Made by a program: the position numbers and the translations under genes. Source: Amphiscolops sp. MND2022 (Eukaryota). Taken from it: a stretch of 64,000 bases of DNA. The stretch lies in assembly GCA_964187785.1 (NCBI GenBank), contig OZ076413.1, forward strand, positions 42,906,001-42,970,000. Direction: 5' to 3'. This document shows, in pieces, positions 1 to 13,989 of this stretch. The stretch's first letter is position 1. Each line of letters begins with the position of its first letter. The notes beneath the pieces were generated by a model. That model was not told the DNA's origin, searched no databases, and was given only the letters and a program-made list of their open reading frames with translations.

Positions 1-2296
1 CACATTTTTGTGCAATAAAGGCGAATCTCTTTCCATTTTTTGCCCCTTCCGATAACAGATTCGGTATGTTGTCTAAAAGTTTACAATAAGTCCAAGAAGT
101 TTGGTGTTGTTCTTTAGTTCACATTTCTCATTGTCGAGGTAGAAGGTTTGAGTGCATGGCGCTTTACAGTTAATGAGTACAATATCGGTCTAGGACCCAC
201 TAATTTGCAGACGCCACAGGCGACACCATTGTTGTAAAGTTGTTAGTCCTTTGAATGATGTGTCGAAGACTTTTCTGTTTAGCTGCCGTGACAAGGACCT
301 GAGAGTCGTCAGCATACTTGAACTTCACTCCACAGCATTTTTCGAGCATGTCGGCTACGTAAAAAATGAATAGTATTGGTGAAATCACAATCCCTTGAGA
401 AAGACCTTGTTTTGGAGTGGAAGCTTGGCTGAAGCAGCTATCAAGTTTTGTTCGCAGAAGTCAATTCTGAAGGTATGTCACAATAATACGGAAGAGGTAG
501 TCCCGGATACCAGCAGTCCATAGCTTCACAAGGAAACCATTTTGCTACACACTGTCGAAAGCGTTTTCCAAATCTGGATTTTTTAAGGCTGCAACTTTTT
601 TCTGCCTTTTCAGATTTTCATGTTCAATTTTTAATCTGAATAGATATCTGGTGGTGTTTCTGTTCGCGAGAAAGCCTTCTTGTTCGTGGTCGAACAGTTG
701 ATTTTTCATCAAGGAATCCGTTAGACGGTTATTTAGAATAGGCTCAAATTTTTTCCGATATGGCTAGTATTTGACAGAGGTCTATATGCAGATGGGTCCG
801 TGTAGTCCGTTTTCGATGATATGATTTTTTGATGAAGAGAGCACGGGCTTCAGACCAAGGCCATTTACATAAGACAAGGAACCGGTTAAACAATGTGATA
901 AGTACTGTGCGGAAATATAGGCCGGAAAATACTATCATATTTGGCTGAAGAAGGTCGTCATCCAAAGAACTGGATGCGTTTTGTAGTTTACCAAGGACTT
1001 TTTTGAGCTCGTCCAGATGAATTTCACGATAACATCATTTGTTTTCATAGGATTCCTTTTTCTTCAGGTCATTTATTATTCGCCGATTTTTGTCCATAGA
1101 GTCAAAAAATTTTTTGTCAGAAAATTTTTCTTTCTGGTACCTCCCACTGAAGAAATTGTCCATTAGAACTTTTAATTTTTCTTGAGGAGAGAAACATAGG
1201 AGTTGGAAGACTTCAGAGGAGCATGCATGTAATCTTTTTGACTGAGAATCACTTTTTGTAATTCTTTCCAAAAACGATTGCCATGTCTTTGTTTATTAAC
1301 TTTCGTTCAGTCTGGTGCGCGTCCAATTGGATGATGCAACTATCAAATTACTTTTAATTTCAATTCGCGTCATGTTCAGCGCCGACATCCTTGCTGGTGT
1401 AGATGTTCTCTTGAAAACTTTTCTCAACCTCCCGAGTTGAAGGCTCAATTCTGTCAGTGTTTTGTTCCAAAACGGTTTGCTATGTTCTGTAAAATTCTTC
1501 TTCGGAATGTGTTCTCGGGTTGTTTCTTGAAGATTATCCCTGATTTTGACCCATTCAGTGAGGACGTCATTGTTTATGGGAGCTTCCGGATTGACCCATT
1601 GGATCATCTTTTCTTACAATATGGTTTTTCACTCCTTCCAAAAAGTGTTTCCAAAGTCGTATATTATTCAGATGTGTGTTGGGGACGAATCTGGAATTTT
1701 GAAGACACTGAAGACAGGAACGTGTCACCTGTTGGGGTACCCAGTTAGTAGTTCAGTTTCCGTGTCAGTGTATTGTGTCTAACACAAGTCAGTAAGTTTG
1801 TCTGTAATTATGGTGAAATCAATGACATATTTCCCATTAACCGCGTAAAGCGTGGGTTCACCGATGTTCATAACCAAGGCATCAACTTCTTCTATATAGG
1901 CCTCAAGAATATCGCCGCATGTGTTAACTCGGGTGTCTCCCCAAAGAGAGCTTCTCGCATTGTTCTCTCCAACAAAATCAATACCGCTGAGTTTATTTGC
2001 TACACTATAATGTCTAGCTTCATCTAGGTTCAAGACGAAATCCTCAAACTCCTCTTCTGCATTAGGTGGAAGATATGCAGTCGACAAAATAGAGGAAAGA
2101 TTTCGCACGTGCACAAGGCACCACACTGAGTCAAAGGTTGTCCTTTGGAGTGAATTTCACAACAGCTGACTTCAATTGGTAGGGAGAGAGAGAGTCTCCA
2201 CTACTATTTGTGTTTTGGTGTTCTGGAAACGTACGATAGTTGTTGAAGTAATCATGAGGTAGTGCAATTTTAGTTTCATTCAGTGCAACAAAGTCG
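1..2296 (-). pseudogene. Decayed non-LTR retrotransposon ORF2 (APE + RT), duplicated copy A
   Basis: Fragmented minus-strand ORFs with APE motifs (AYLPP, N ARS-LWG, IDF), 'HSKPFWN' and RT 'FKYADD' (200-388); near-identical to ~2480-4565. Confidence 0.85.
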
Positions 2297-5200
2297 ATTA
2301 GTGGTAGCCCGAGAAGAACTTCCGCAGCTTTGGAGTTCGGATAGTGAGTTGTCCCCATAATGTTGCGTAATAAGAAACCTTGGAAACTGTTCAGTCTGGT
2401 GCAGTTAGCCAGTGTCCATACAGGAGCGCAGTATAGAAGTAGAGGGAGGACTAGTGATTTTTACAGAGTGACTGAGGATCGCCTTGATAAACCTCACTTT
2501 TTTGTGCAATACAGGCGGATCTCTTTCCAAGTTTTCGCCTCTTCCGGTAACGGATTGGGTATGTTGTCTGAAAGTCATTTTTTCATTTACAATAATAATA
2601 ACCCAAGAAGTTTGGTGTTGTTCTTTACTTCACATTTCTCATTGTCGAGGTAGAAGGTTTGAAAGCACAATCCCTTGAGAAAACCTTGTTTTGGAGTGGA
2701 AGCTTGGCTGTAGCAGCTATCAAGTTTTGGTCGCAGAAATCAATTCTGAAGGTATGTCACAATAATATGGAAGAGGTAGTCTCAGATACCAGCAGTCCAT
2801 AGCTTCACTAGGAAACCATTTTGCCACACACTGTCAAAAGCGTTTTCCAAATATAGTTTTTTTGAGGCTGCAACTTTTTTCTGTCCTTTCAAATTTTCAT
2901 GTTCAATTTTTATTCTGAATAGTTATCTCGTAGTGTTTCTGTTCGCGAGAAAGCCTTCTTGTTCGTGGTCGATCAGTTGATTTTTCATCAAGGAGTCCGT
3001 TAGACGGTTTTTTAGAATAGGCTCAAATTTTTTCCGATATGGCTAGTATTTGACAGAGGTCTATATGCAGATGGGTCCGTGTAGTCCGTTTTCGATGATT
3101 TTTTGATGAAGAGAGCACGGGCTTCAGACCAAGGCCATTTACATAAGACAAGGAACCGGTTAAACAATGTGATAAGTACTGTGCGGAAATATAGGCCGGA
3201 AAATACTATCATATTTGACTGAAGATCGTCGTCATCCAAAGAACTGGATGCGTTTTGTAGTTTACCAAGGACTTTTTTGAGCTCGTCCAGATGAATTTCA
3301 CGATAACACCATTTGTTTTCATAGGAATCCTTTTTCTTCAGGTCATTTATCATTCGCCGATTTTTGTCCATAGAGTCAAAGAAATTTTTGTCAGAAAACT
3401 CGTCTTTCTGGTACCTCCCACTGAAGAAAGTGTCCATTAGAACTTTTAATTTTTCTTGAGGAGAGAAACATAGGAGTCCGTCTGAAGACTTCAGAGGAGC
3501 ATGCATGTAATCTTTTTGACTGAGAATCACTTTTTGTAATTTTTTCCAAAAACGATTGCCATGTCTTTGTTTATTAACTTTCGTTCAGTCTGGAGCGCGT
3601 CCAATTGGATGCTGCAACTATCAATTCACTTTTAATTTCAATTCCCGTCATGTTCACCGCCTACATCCTTGCTGGTGTAGATGTTCTGTTGAAAACTTTT
3701 CTCAACCTCCCGAGTTGAAGGCTCAATTCTGTCAGTGTTTTGTTCCAAAACGGTTTGCTATGTTCTGTAGAATTCTTCTTCGGAATGTGTTCTCGGGTTG
3801 TTTCTCGAAGATTATCCCTGATTTTGACCCATGCAGTGAGGACGTCATTGTTCATGGGAGCTTCCGGATTGACCCATTGGATCATCTTTTCTTCCAATAT
3901 AGTTTTTGACTCCTTCCAGTAAGTGTTTCCAAAGTCGTATATTATTCGGATGTGTGTTGGGGACGAATCTGGAATTTTGAAGACACTGAAGACAGGAACG
4001 TGTCACCTGTTGGGGTACCCAGTTAGTAGTTCAGTTTTTGTGTCAGTGTATTGTGTGTAACACAAGTCAGTAAGTTTGTCTGTAGTTATGGTGAAATCAA
4101 TGACAGATTTCCCATTAACCGCGTAAAGCGTGGGTTCACCGATGTTCACAACCAAGGCACCAACTTCTTCTATATAGGCCTCAAGAATATCGCCTCATGT
4201 GTTGTTTCGGGTGTCTCCCCAAAGAGAGCTTCTCGCATTGTTGTCTCCAACAAAATCAATACCGCTGAGTTTATTTGCTACACTATAATGTCTAGCTTCA
4301 TCTAGGTTCAAGACGAAATCCTCAAGCTCCTCTTCTGCATTAGGTGGAACATATGCAGTCGACAAAATGGAGGAAAGACTTCGCACGTGCACAAGGCACC
4401 ACACTGAGTCGAAGGTTGTCCTTTGGAGTGAATTTCACAACAGCTGACTTCAATTGGTAGGGAGACTCTCCACCACTATTTGTTTTTTGGTGTTCTGAAA
4501 AAGTACGGTAGTTGTTGAAGTAATCATGAGGTAGTGCACTTTTAGTTTCATTCAGTGCAACAAAGTCAGCCTTCAGGTCGTTGAAGTATTTGTTTAATAA
4601 AGTTTGCTTAGCTACTGATATCCCAGTTAGGTTTAACTGCAGTATCGCAATTTTTTCCTGTTAGTCATTGTGATTCCATACCGAAGAGTCGAGTTTTTCT
4701 TGCAGGAAATTGGGTATGGGTATGTTTCTTTCGTTGCTTATTTTGGTTGCATGTGCCAGATATGTTTGACAATTTGTGTCATTTGCATAGTGATTCAGTT
4801 GACAATTTGCACACTTCTTTTCAGCTTGTTCAATGCAGTCACTGGTAGTATGTTCCTCTGAGCGCTTTCCGCATTTTGGGAGGCTACTGCAGGTCTTAGC
4901 TATGTGTCCAAAACCTTGACAATTGTAGCACCGAATTATAGGTATCCTTTTTTTCTTGGTTGACTTCGTATGCTCTAAAGTAGTGGTTTTTCAGGAACAA
5001 GCCGTTCTGTAAAGCTATCTCAATGTGAGATTGTTTTGAAATATCAAGTTTAACGTTGTTCAAGATGGTTGCGTCACGTTTGATAAAACGTTATGCTTTT
5101 GCCCCTGAAAAATCTTTAGTGGGTAGTTGCATGATGTTTTCATCTGAGAAATCTGTGTCCTTTTGAACATCCTTCATCAGTACAGAGAAGAGTTTCTGAT

Positions 5201-6000
5201 TTGTTCTAGGTCTGCAGCAGGTGGTTCCACTTCCCAGGAAATGCGGCTGCCAAGTGTTCTCTATCTCTATGGATTCTTGCTGTGATTCAAATTCCCAGGT
5301 GGATGTGTCCTCTGGTTGTTCTGAAGGCGTATTGTAGCTTTTTATTGGGATACCATTTTGCGAAAATGCGTTTAATTTCTGAGCTGTTTCTGAAGGTCAC
5401 GTCAGAGTTTTCGATAATGAGCACCGACCTCACGTCTCTTTTAAATCTGGCGTTATGTCTTACATGGGACTTTTGTAACCCGATGGCTGTTGTTGCAGCA
5501 TATGTAGATGCCATTTTTTCGACAGCGCTCTTGACTGAGCTGATTTTGGGTACAACTCCATGTGCAACCTTGTTTATTGAGGGAATGATTGCAGTTAGTT
5601 CTTTAGACACTTACAAAATGCTCTCGGAGGCAATGCAGGTTACGTTAGTCGATTGTTCAACTTTGGAATCTGTCGCTAAGAGCCTTTTTTATGTTGCTCG
5701 TTTGTTTGAATGAGCAAGTCAAGTTTTTCAATGACTCTTTTTTAACCCATTGGGCTTCAGCAATTTCGTAGCAAATGCAAGACATTCTCTACAGTACCAG
5801 TGCACTGAGGGCAACCCATCTATGGCTTTTATGTTTACTTCACTCAAATCTGAACATTCTTGGTTAAAGCATTTTTCACAGGCTAAGCATTCCACAGCGC
5901 AAGTACCCATTAACACGGGGTTTGTGCAAAAACCGCATTGGGCATATTAGTCTGAGGATGACCCTGTGTGTTCTTCATCCTTTTTTGCTTTGATTAGTTA
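2297..6000 (-). mobile_element. Decayed LINE (I/Jockey-group-like): PHD + CCHC ORF1 and APE-RT ORF2, copy B
   Basis: PHD-like 'CAVECLAC...HWYCREC' (5728-5916); zinc knuckle 'IRCYNCQGFGHIAKTC' near 4880-4940; ORF2 start overlaps ORF1 stop near 4661-4668; 'AYRPLSNTSHIGK' (3012-3530); many frameshifts. Confidence 0.85.
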
Positions 6001-6902
6001 GCATTTCCATTATCTTCTATCCTCCGGGCCGCTCCAAGCCAGTGAAGGCTCGTGTAGCTACCCAGTGGATAATATTTGTTGGAACTGCTTTTTGCACCGG
6101 CGCCTACCTGACGTCGACCGCTTCTTCGATCGTCTCCTCCTAGTTTTGAAGCGCTTCTGTATAAGAAGGGACTTCAGGTTATTCTGACGCTTCAGGACAG
6201 TGTAGAGCAATATAATTTCTACACCAACGTGGGGGTGTATCATTTTTGTCTCTTTTTTGTACCGAGGGCTGTTTTCCTTCTGTGGGAAAGCAAGTGTCTG
6301 TGAAATTCGATCACAAGAATCGCAGCAGTGGTGAGCTTTTTTGATATGTCAGGAGTGTTTGTTCGCCTACAGTAAACGACAGCTGCAATCTGGCTTTTGT
6401 AACATTCCAGTTCCGAGACTAGTCGTTCGGTGGTCCAATGTTTTTTATGGTTACTGGGGTGAGGTCGTGCCACAGCAAAATGATACTTTTGTTGCACAGG
6501 GCACCGCGTGAAAGAAGGAAAGATAGAATTTTTCAACTGTCCTTGTGGTAAAAACTCAATCCAGTTAGATGAGTTATTTTTTTGGACTGTGCCTTTTGAA
6601 AGAACAGACTAAATCTCGCAAGCAGCATATAACGACCTAGCTCCAATAATACGAACCATGAACAAGGCTTGAGAAGTAAAAACTGATATATAGTAACTTG
6701 GAACGAAGTAACAGTTGTGGATAATTCGGAAACCAACGAAGGTCCAAATCAGGTCCAGAGGGGGATTATCTGTGAACCGATCAAGGTCCGGGTTCGGTTG
6801 TTTTGCGAACCAGTCGAAGTCCAGGTCCAGATGAGATTGCTCTTTATTTGGCAAAGTCCAGTGATAATCACCCTTCTTCAGAGATTAGCACAAATTATTC
6901 TG

Positions 6903-7102
6903 NNNNNNNNNNNNNNNNNNNNNNNNNNNNNNNNNNNNNNNNNNNNNNNNNNNNNNNNNNNNNNNNNNNNNNNNNNNNNNNNNNNNNNNNNNNNNNNNNN
7001 NNNNNNNNNNNNNNNNNNNNNNNNNNNNNNNNNNNNNNNNNNNNNNNNNNNNNNNNNNNNNNNNNNNNNNNNNNNNNNNNNNNNNNNNNNNNNNNNNNNN
7101 NN
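6903..7102. other. Assembly gap (200 N)
   Basis: Run of N. Confidence 1.
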
Positions 7103-10100
7103 ACATCTTGTTGTTTTCATCTCGTACAATTATGAATTCTCAAAAACTTTCCGGATCTGGTAACATGACTCTCGAGGAGGTTAGCAACACTGTCGGGAAA
7201 AGATGAAGATGCATCATGGGTCCAATGTAGTAAATTGTCTTCTAGTTTGAGCTTCAAGAGAAATTTGTCGTTGATGGCTGTACTCAGAAGATCAAGAGGC
7301 GGCGTTCCTAGCAGAACTTGACACGAGTCGATATTCGGCGAAAATCCGTGTCTAAAAACTGTCCTTATAAAATTGTTCTGTACTGCCGTGACGTATTTGA
7401 GGTTTTTCTCAAGCCAAATTGGTGCTGCATAAAAAAGTGATGGTAAGATTGTGGTTTTGTACAACAGAACTAGCGTTGGGACTGCAAGGCTCCAATTCCT
7501 ATTGCATAACGACTTGATTATGTTCCAATTTCGCTTTGCTCTCTCGATAGTTTTAGCAGAATGATCCCGGTAGTTGAGCTTGCTATCGATAATTACTCCG
7601 AGAGACTTTGTTGTTTTTTTAACTTGACATATATCACCATTGAGGCACGGGAGTTCGAAGTCATTCTCTTCGCAATTGAAAAGGAATAATTCAGTTTTTG
7701 CTCCGTTCACTAACATCCTCCAATCTGCACACCACTTCTCGATGTCAGAACAAGTTTTTCGAAGAATGGCAGATAATTCTGACGGATTCTTGCCAGTGGC
7801 AATGAGAAAACTATCGTCTGCAAACTTGAATTTTTGAGCTTGATTACTGAGAAAGTCGTTTAGGACGATGATGAAGAGTAATGGTGACAACACACTTCCC
7901 TGTGGAACGCCAATGTCAATCTGGAACTTCTGCGATTTGTATCCGTTCAGTTGAATTGAAGCGACTCTGGTTTTTGAGAACGATTTTATTATCTGATACA
8001 TTTTGCCAGAAATATTGTGTTCCAACAGTTTAAAGAGAAGGCCGTCCACCCACACGCTATCCAAAGCCTTTTCGAGGTCAATGTTAAGCAGAGCCGTCGG
8101 TAAACGTGAACGCTTGGCATTTTCCAGCATGAGATGTAGTCTGTAGAGCGATCGAGTGGTGTTTCGTTTCGGTCTGAAACCCTCCTGTTCGTCACCAAGC
8201 AGTCCATTCACATCGAGATACGATTTGATTCTGGTTGCAAGTATTCTTTCCAACGTTTTGCTGATATGACTGGAGATTGAGAGTGGTCGATATGAAGAAC
8301 ATTCATCATATCTCTCTTTGTTTGGCTTGCGTATGAATACGACTCGTGAGTCCGTCCATGGTTACACATGATACTCCCAGCAAGCATTGAAAATATTCAG
8401 CAGGAAAAGGAGTGCTTTAGTTCCCAAATTCTTTATCATTGTCAAATGGAGACCATCAATATCAAAAGATTTAGTGTTGCTTGATTTCAAAATTGCATTC
8501 TTCAATTCATTGAGAGTAATTTCACCATGAAATACTTCAATATCATGTTCAGGACCATCATGTGGTCGATTTATTTGGGCTTCTACTTGTAGTTGTGTTG
8601 CATTGTTGAAAATTTGCTTTTTTAGAAGTTCTCCTCCGAAGAACGTGGTTTCAAATTCTTTGCTAATTTCCTCTGGAGCATATAAGAGTCTCCCTTCCTT
8701 ACTGCGTATTAGACCAACTTCTTCATGTTTAGTGTTGAGTAAGGCCTTGTAAGAAGTCCAAAATTCTCTTCCTCTTTTATGCCCAAGCGATGACAGATAG
8801 TTTTCCATCCATTCAGTTACACTTTTGTTGAGTAGAATTTTGAAACGTTCCTTCGCTGCCTTTAGCTTTTGTCCATTTTCATAATTTGATTTGTATTGAT
8901 TTTTTTGCGTAAAAATCGGAGTTCATTGCTTACGTCTGTCAAGTCAGAGTTCCAAAACGGTTTGCTATGATTTGAAACACATTTGAGGGGTATATGACTA
9001 AGGGAAGCTTCGTGCAGCAGATTCTTGAACTCGTTCCAAAGAAAAACAGGGTCGTCCCCAACAACCATGAGATCATCTATTCGGTCCTCAACGAAAGAAG
9101 TCCAACCCACCCAATCAGTTTTTTCAACCCATAATTTTTTTGGTTTTCTTAGTGGTGCTACTACGCTCCAATCTCATAATAACAGGAACATGACCCCTCT
9201 GTGGAGCACCGGTGAATAGCTCAGCAAATTCATCCGTAGACAGAGAGTGTTTACATCTATCAAACAGAGGCCCATAACAAATGCACAGATCGACAACACT
9301 GTATCCATTTGCTGCCAGAAACGTAGGCTCACCATCATTGAGAATGCTCAAATGGTCAGCTATTTGAACTAGTTCCTCACCTAATAAGTTACACGAGTTG
9401 TCTCCCCAATAGGTATATCTTGCATTGAGATCACCAAAGAAAAGAGCTGCATTCAGGCAATTTTTGTCAACATATGTTTTGCAACTCTGTATAACTTTAA
9501 TTGTACTTCTCAATCCTTCGAAGTCATCGGGTCTGATATATGCAGTAGACACAACTAACTTAACTCCGCTCAGCCCAACAATCAAAACAACATTATCAAC
9601 AGAGGTGTCTTCGAGTTGATTAAGTCTTGAGTAAGGGATGTGATGTTTCAATAAAACTGCGACGCCCCCAGAACTTCCACCCATAGAACTGATTGTTGTG
9701 TAATTGTCGAATAGATTTGCGCTAATTTGTGTCTTGGTTTCAATAAGAAAAACGATATCAGCTTTGGTTTGTTGTAAGTATTGATTCAATGCTATTTTAC
9801 TATGATCACTCAGGCCGCATATATTTATCTGCAAGAAGGTGAAACCAGGGTTAGCCATCATTTTTTAACACAGGATTTCTCAAAGTCGGCGCTTGTAGAC
9901 CTCGTGCCTCATGAACTCTTTGCACCTGTTTAATATAAGTTGGGAAGTCAATAGAATCAGCATCGTGGCTTCCGCTGCAATTGGTACACCTGACAGGCTG
10001 ATTACTGCTGCAGTTGTCGATAGAGTGCTCGCCGGAACAATGTTTGCATGAGACTTTCGAATGGCAATTGGAACTGACGTGTCCGAACTTCTGACATCGG

Positions 10101-10400
10101 TAGCAACGGATTATTCGTATTCTTTGCTGTATGAATTCGACTGGTTGATAGTACAAATGGTCAATGAAAATCCCGTCGATTGTTGCCTTGTCAAACTGGG
10201 CTTTTGCGGGAAACGTCAGTTTGACAGTTTGCAGTGTTTTTTTATCGCTTTTGACAAAACGTCTGATTCTGACACCTAGAAAATTTTCCGTAAGAGCTGA
10301 AGTCAAGTCCGAGTCGGACACTTCTAATGGAACTCCCCGTATTACTGCGCTGTGCTGATCATTCCTGTCACTAGCTCTCCGAGCTGACGAGTCGTCGCCA
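7103..10400 (-). mobile_element. LINE with gag-like ORF1 (3 CCHC knuckles) and APE-RT ORF2, disrupted
   Basis: 9851-10465 'RCYRCQKFGHVSSNC..CKHCSGEH..CTNCSGSH'; 9124-9861 APE 'LQINICG..GDLNAR..VDL'; 7117-8253 RT 'QEGFR..DLEKA..GVPQGSVLSP..FADD'; same family as 21650-24295. Confidence 0.92.
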
Positions 10401-10492
10401 AAAATTTCAGCCCTCCAACCCTGCAAGAGCCCTCCAACACTGCAATCAGCCCTCCAACCCCGCAAGCACTGACTTATTAAAGTCTGTCAGTC

Positions 10493-11030
10493 AATTGAAG
10501 CGACTCGGGTTTTTAAGAACGATTTTATTATCTGATACATTTTGCAAGAAATATTGTGTTCCAACAGTTTAAAGAGAAGGCCGTCCACCCACACGCTATC
10601 GAAAGCCTTTTCGAGGTCAATGTTAACCAGAGCCGTCGGTAAACGTGAACGTTTGGTATTTTCTAGCATGAGATGTAGTCTGTAGAGCGATCGAGTGGTG
10701 TTTCGTTTCGATCTGAAACCCTCCTGTTCGTCACCAAGCAGTCCATTCACATCGAGATACGATTTGATTCTGGTTGCAAGTATTCTTTCCAACGGTTTGC
10801 CGATCTGACTGGAGATTGAGAGTGGTCGATATGAAGAACATTCATCATATCTCTCTTTGTTTGGCTTGCGTATGAATACTACTCGTGAGTCCGTCCATGG
10901 CCACACATGATACTCCCAGCAAGCATTGAAATTATTTAGCAGAAAAAGGAGTGCTTTAGTTCCCAAATTCTTTATCATTGTCAAATGGGGACCATCAATA
11001 TCAAAAGATTTAGTGTTGCTTGATTTCAAA
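10493..11030 (-). pseudogene. Internal RT fragment duplicated from the adjacent LINE (~7954-8492)
   Basis: Near-identical DNA and protein ('YRPLSISSQIGK..QEGFR..DLEKAFDSV'). Confidence 0.9.
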
Positions 11031-11238
11031 AAAAAGTTCCTGACTTAATAAATTCACTGACTTATTAAACATCACGAGGCTATTCAATAAGTTTATCACA
11101 ACCATTAGGCTCCAGTTTGTAGAAAAGTGATGTCCAGTTTGTAGATTTTTTTACAAACTGGTTTCTACAAACTGGTTAGGTCTAGTATGTAGAATTTTGG
11201 AATTGAAGAGAAACAATAAGACCAATTTTGTATGAATG

Positions 11239-11781
11239 CTGGGCACAAACTACGATCTAAGGAATAAGATCGAAACGCACTTCTGTAACTGAGATCTAAA
11301 GAACTAGGATTTAAATGTCCTTTTTCGTAACTAAGATCTGGAGAATGCCAGCTCCTGAATTGTAACTAAAGTCTAAAATTTTTTGATGTTTTTCCGGTTT
11401 TTTCAGACGTTATTCCCGCTTTTGGGTGATATTCCCAATTTGGAATTGATTTGATGTATTAAACGTGCCTTGGATAAGTCCCCAATTCCTCTAGTGCCCC
11501 GCGGCCCCTCAAGGCCGCCTATAATCCCATCTTGCTAAGCGAGGTCGAACAGGAGCAAAGACGCAAACGGAGATCGCGAAGCGATTGTAGTGGGAGCTGG
11601 TCTTTGAGACGGTGAGGGCGAGCGTGCATACATCAAATATGACCCCAACAAATTTCATTAGACTTTATTTTTGTTCAATTTAGACCTTAGTTACGGTGCA
11701 TGCTTTTAACATCTTAGTTCTTTAGATCTTGGTTACGAAATTTCCTTAGATCTTATTCCTTAGACCTTAGTTACGGTCCCC
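11239..11781. mobile_element. MULE-type MITE (GATCTAA subterminal repeats)
   Basis: Inverted repeat arrays at both ends; 9-bp TSD GTATGAATG/GTAGGAATG. Confidence 0.65.
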
Positions 11782-11817
11782 GTAGGAATGATGCAAAGTA
11801 TAAAACGTGCCTCGGAT

Positions 11818-12890
11818 TAGGGGTGGGAATAACGTCTAACGAATAACGTCTAATGGAATAACTTCTAAAATTTACTCATTTTTCAGGAATAACGTCTAAA
11901 GAATTAGACGTTATTCCCGTTTTTTTAGATGTTTTGCCCGTTTTGACATATTGTTTTTGATGCTGAAAAATTCTTTCCTTATTCTAGTTTTAAGGAATGA
12001 ACTATGAATTAATCGAAGGCCACGAAATACGAGCAAAAGTCTATGTGTCTGATATGTATTTGTCCCTAAATCAAAAAAATCGTCCAAATTATCAAAAAAC
12101 AATGCAAATACGTCCAGAAAAGGAATAACGAGTAAAATCCTGAAAAAACGTCCAAAATATCCGAAAGTCATCAGAATAAGACTGAGAAACGGGGAAAACA
12201 CATGAAATTAGAAAAAATAAATCGTTTTAGATCTAAAACTAGAAAGTGATTTAAAATATAAAACGTGCCTCGGATATGTCCCTATTCCTTCTAGTGCCCC
12301 GCGGCCCCTTGGGGCCGCTTATGTTCCCATTGTGCTAAGCGAGGTCGAACAGGAGCAAAGACCTAGCGGGAACGGAGATCGCGAAGCGATCGTAGTGGGA
12401 GCTGGTCTTTGCGACGGTGAGGGCGAGCGTGCATACACCGCATATGTCCCACAATTTGACTTTTTCGCTTTCAGAGAGCCTTTTTTGAAACAGGAATAAC
12501 GTCTAAAACTTTAGACGCAAGTCTCAAAAAATGATTATTTCAGACGTTATTCCCGTTTTGTTTTCAGATGTTATTCTTCAGACGTTCTTCCCGCTGCCAC
12601 GTGTTTTGATGATTTTTTGACGTTTTAGACGTATTTGCCAAATTTAGACGTTATTCCCGTTTTTCAGACGTATTTTGATGGTTTTTTGGCATTTTAAACG
12701 TATGTCAGTTTTAGACGTTTTTCCTCTTTTAGACGCTATTCTGCTTTTTAGACGTTATTCAACTTTTTAGACGATATTCCCGTTTTTTTAGACGTTATTC
12801 TCGTTCATTTCACATTTAGATGTTATTCCTTTAGACGTTATTCCCGGTGGACTTTTAGACGTTATTCCCTAGACGTTATTCCTGTTCCCC
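11818..12890. mobile_element. MULE-type MITE (GAATAACGTCT / AGACGTTATTC arrays)
   Basis: Inverted subterminal arrays; 9-bp TSD GCCTCGGAT at 11809 and 12891. Confidence 0.75.
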
Positions 12891-13039
12891 GCCTCGGATA
12901 TGTCCCCATATCCTCTGATGCCCGCGACCCCTTGGGGCTGCTCATTTTCCAATCTTAGCAAGTGAGGTCTAACAGGCGAAGCGATCGTAGTGCGAGCTGG
13001 TCTTTGCGACGGTGAGGGCGAGCGTGCATACATCGGATA

Positions 13040-13950
13040 GGGGAACGGAATAAGACCTACGGAATAAGACCTAAATCGAAAACGGGTTAAAGACCTAAAG
13101 AAAAATTCATTTTTCAGGAATGAGACCTAAAAATTTAGGTCTTATTCCTACTTTTTGGAAGAAGACCTATTAGCGAAATAAGACCTAAAAATGACAAACA
13201 AGACCTAAAAAGTGGGAATTAGACCTAAAAACGGAAATAATACCTAAATGCGGAATGAGACCCAAGCGAAGAACAGGATAGTCTTTGAAGGAAGAATATC
13301 TGAACTTTTGAAAGTATGAAACGTTCCTCTGATATTTCCCCATTTCCTCTCGTGCCCCGCGGCCCCTTGGGGCCGCTTATGTTCCCATCTTGCCAAGCGA
13401 GGTCGAACAGGAGCAAAGACCTAGCGGGAACGGAGATCGCGACCGTACCGGATATGCACCCACATTCGAAGGGGAAAGTACTGAAAATTTTTTGAGACAT
13501 TTTCGAAAGATGATATTTTTTCTTGAATAAAGAGATTTGAAATCTGACCATTTTATAAAATCAATGGGAGGAAAGAAATAATGATGAAAAATTTGTTATT
13601 TAATGTTTTTTTTGTGTTGATTGCCTCAATTTCGTCTGCTGGAGGTTTTTTTTCTTTTCAAGTTTTGCAAAATTTTTCGATGCCTAATGGTTATATGTGT
13701 TGATTGCAATAATCCTCAGATTTTGGAATGAATTTTGTCTCGAAATGTTTTTTTCGAAAATCGTTTTTTAGGTCTTATTCCGCATTTTAGGCCTTAATCC
13801 TGTTTTTTAGGTCTTATTCCGCATTTTAGGCCGTATTCCTGTTTTTTTTAGGTCTTATTCCACTACTTTTGAGTTTTAGGTCTTATTCGTTTAGGTCTTA
13901 TTCCTTTTGAACTTTTAGGTCTTTATCCTTAGATCTTATTCCCGTCACCA
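13040..13950. mobile_element. MULE-type MITE (GAATAAGACCTA / TAGGTCTTATTC arrays)
   Basis: Inverted subterminal arrays; 9-bp TSD CATCGGATA/CACCGGATA at 13031 and 13951. Confidence 0.75.
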
Positions 13951-13989
13951 CACCGGATATGCCCCTCATTTCAGTGTTTAGTTTTTTTT

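Noticed and set aside
1437..5950. Plus-strand ORFs over the LINEs
   Set aside because: Antisense shadows of the LINE ORFs
6717..7163. ORFs spanning the X-run
   Set aside because: Artefacts of the N gap
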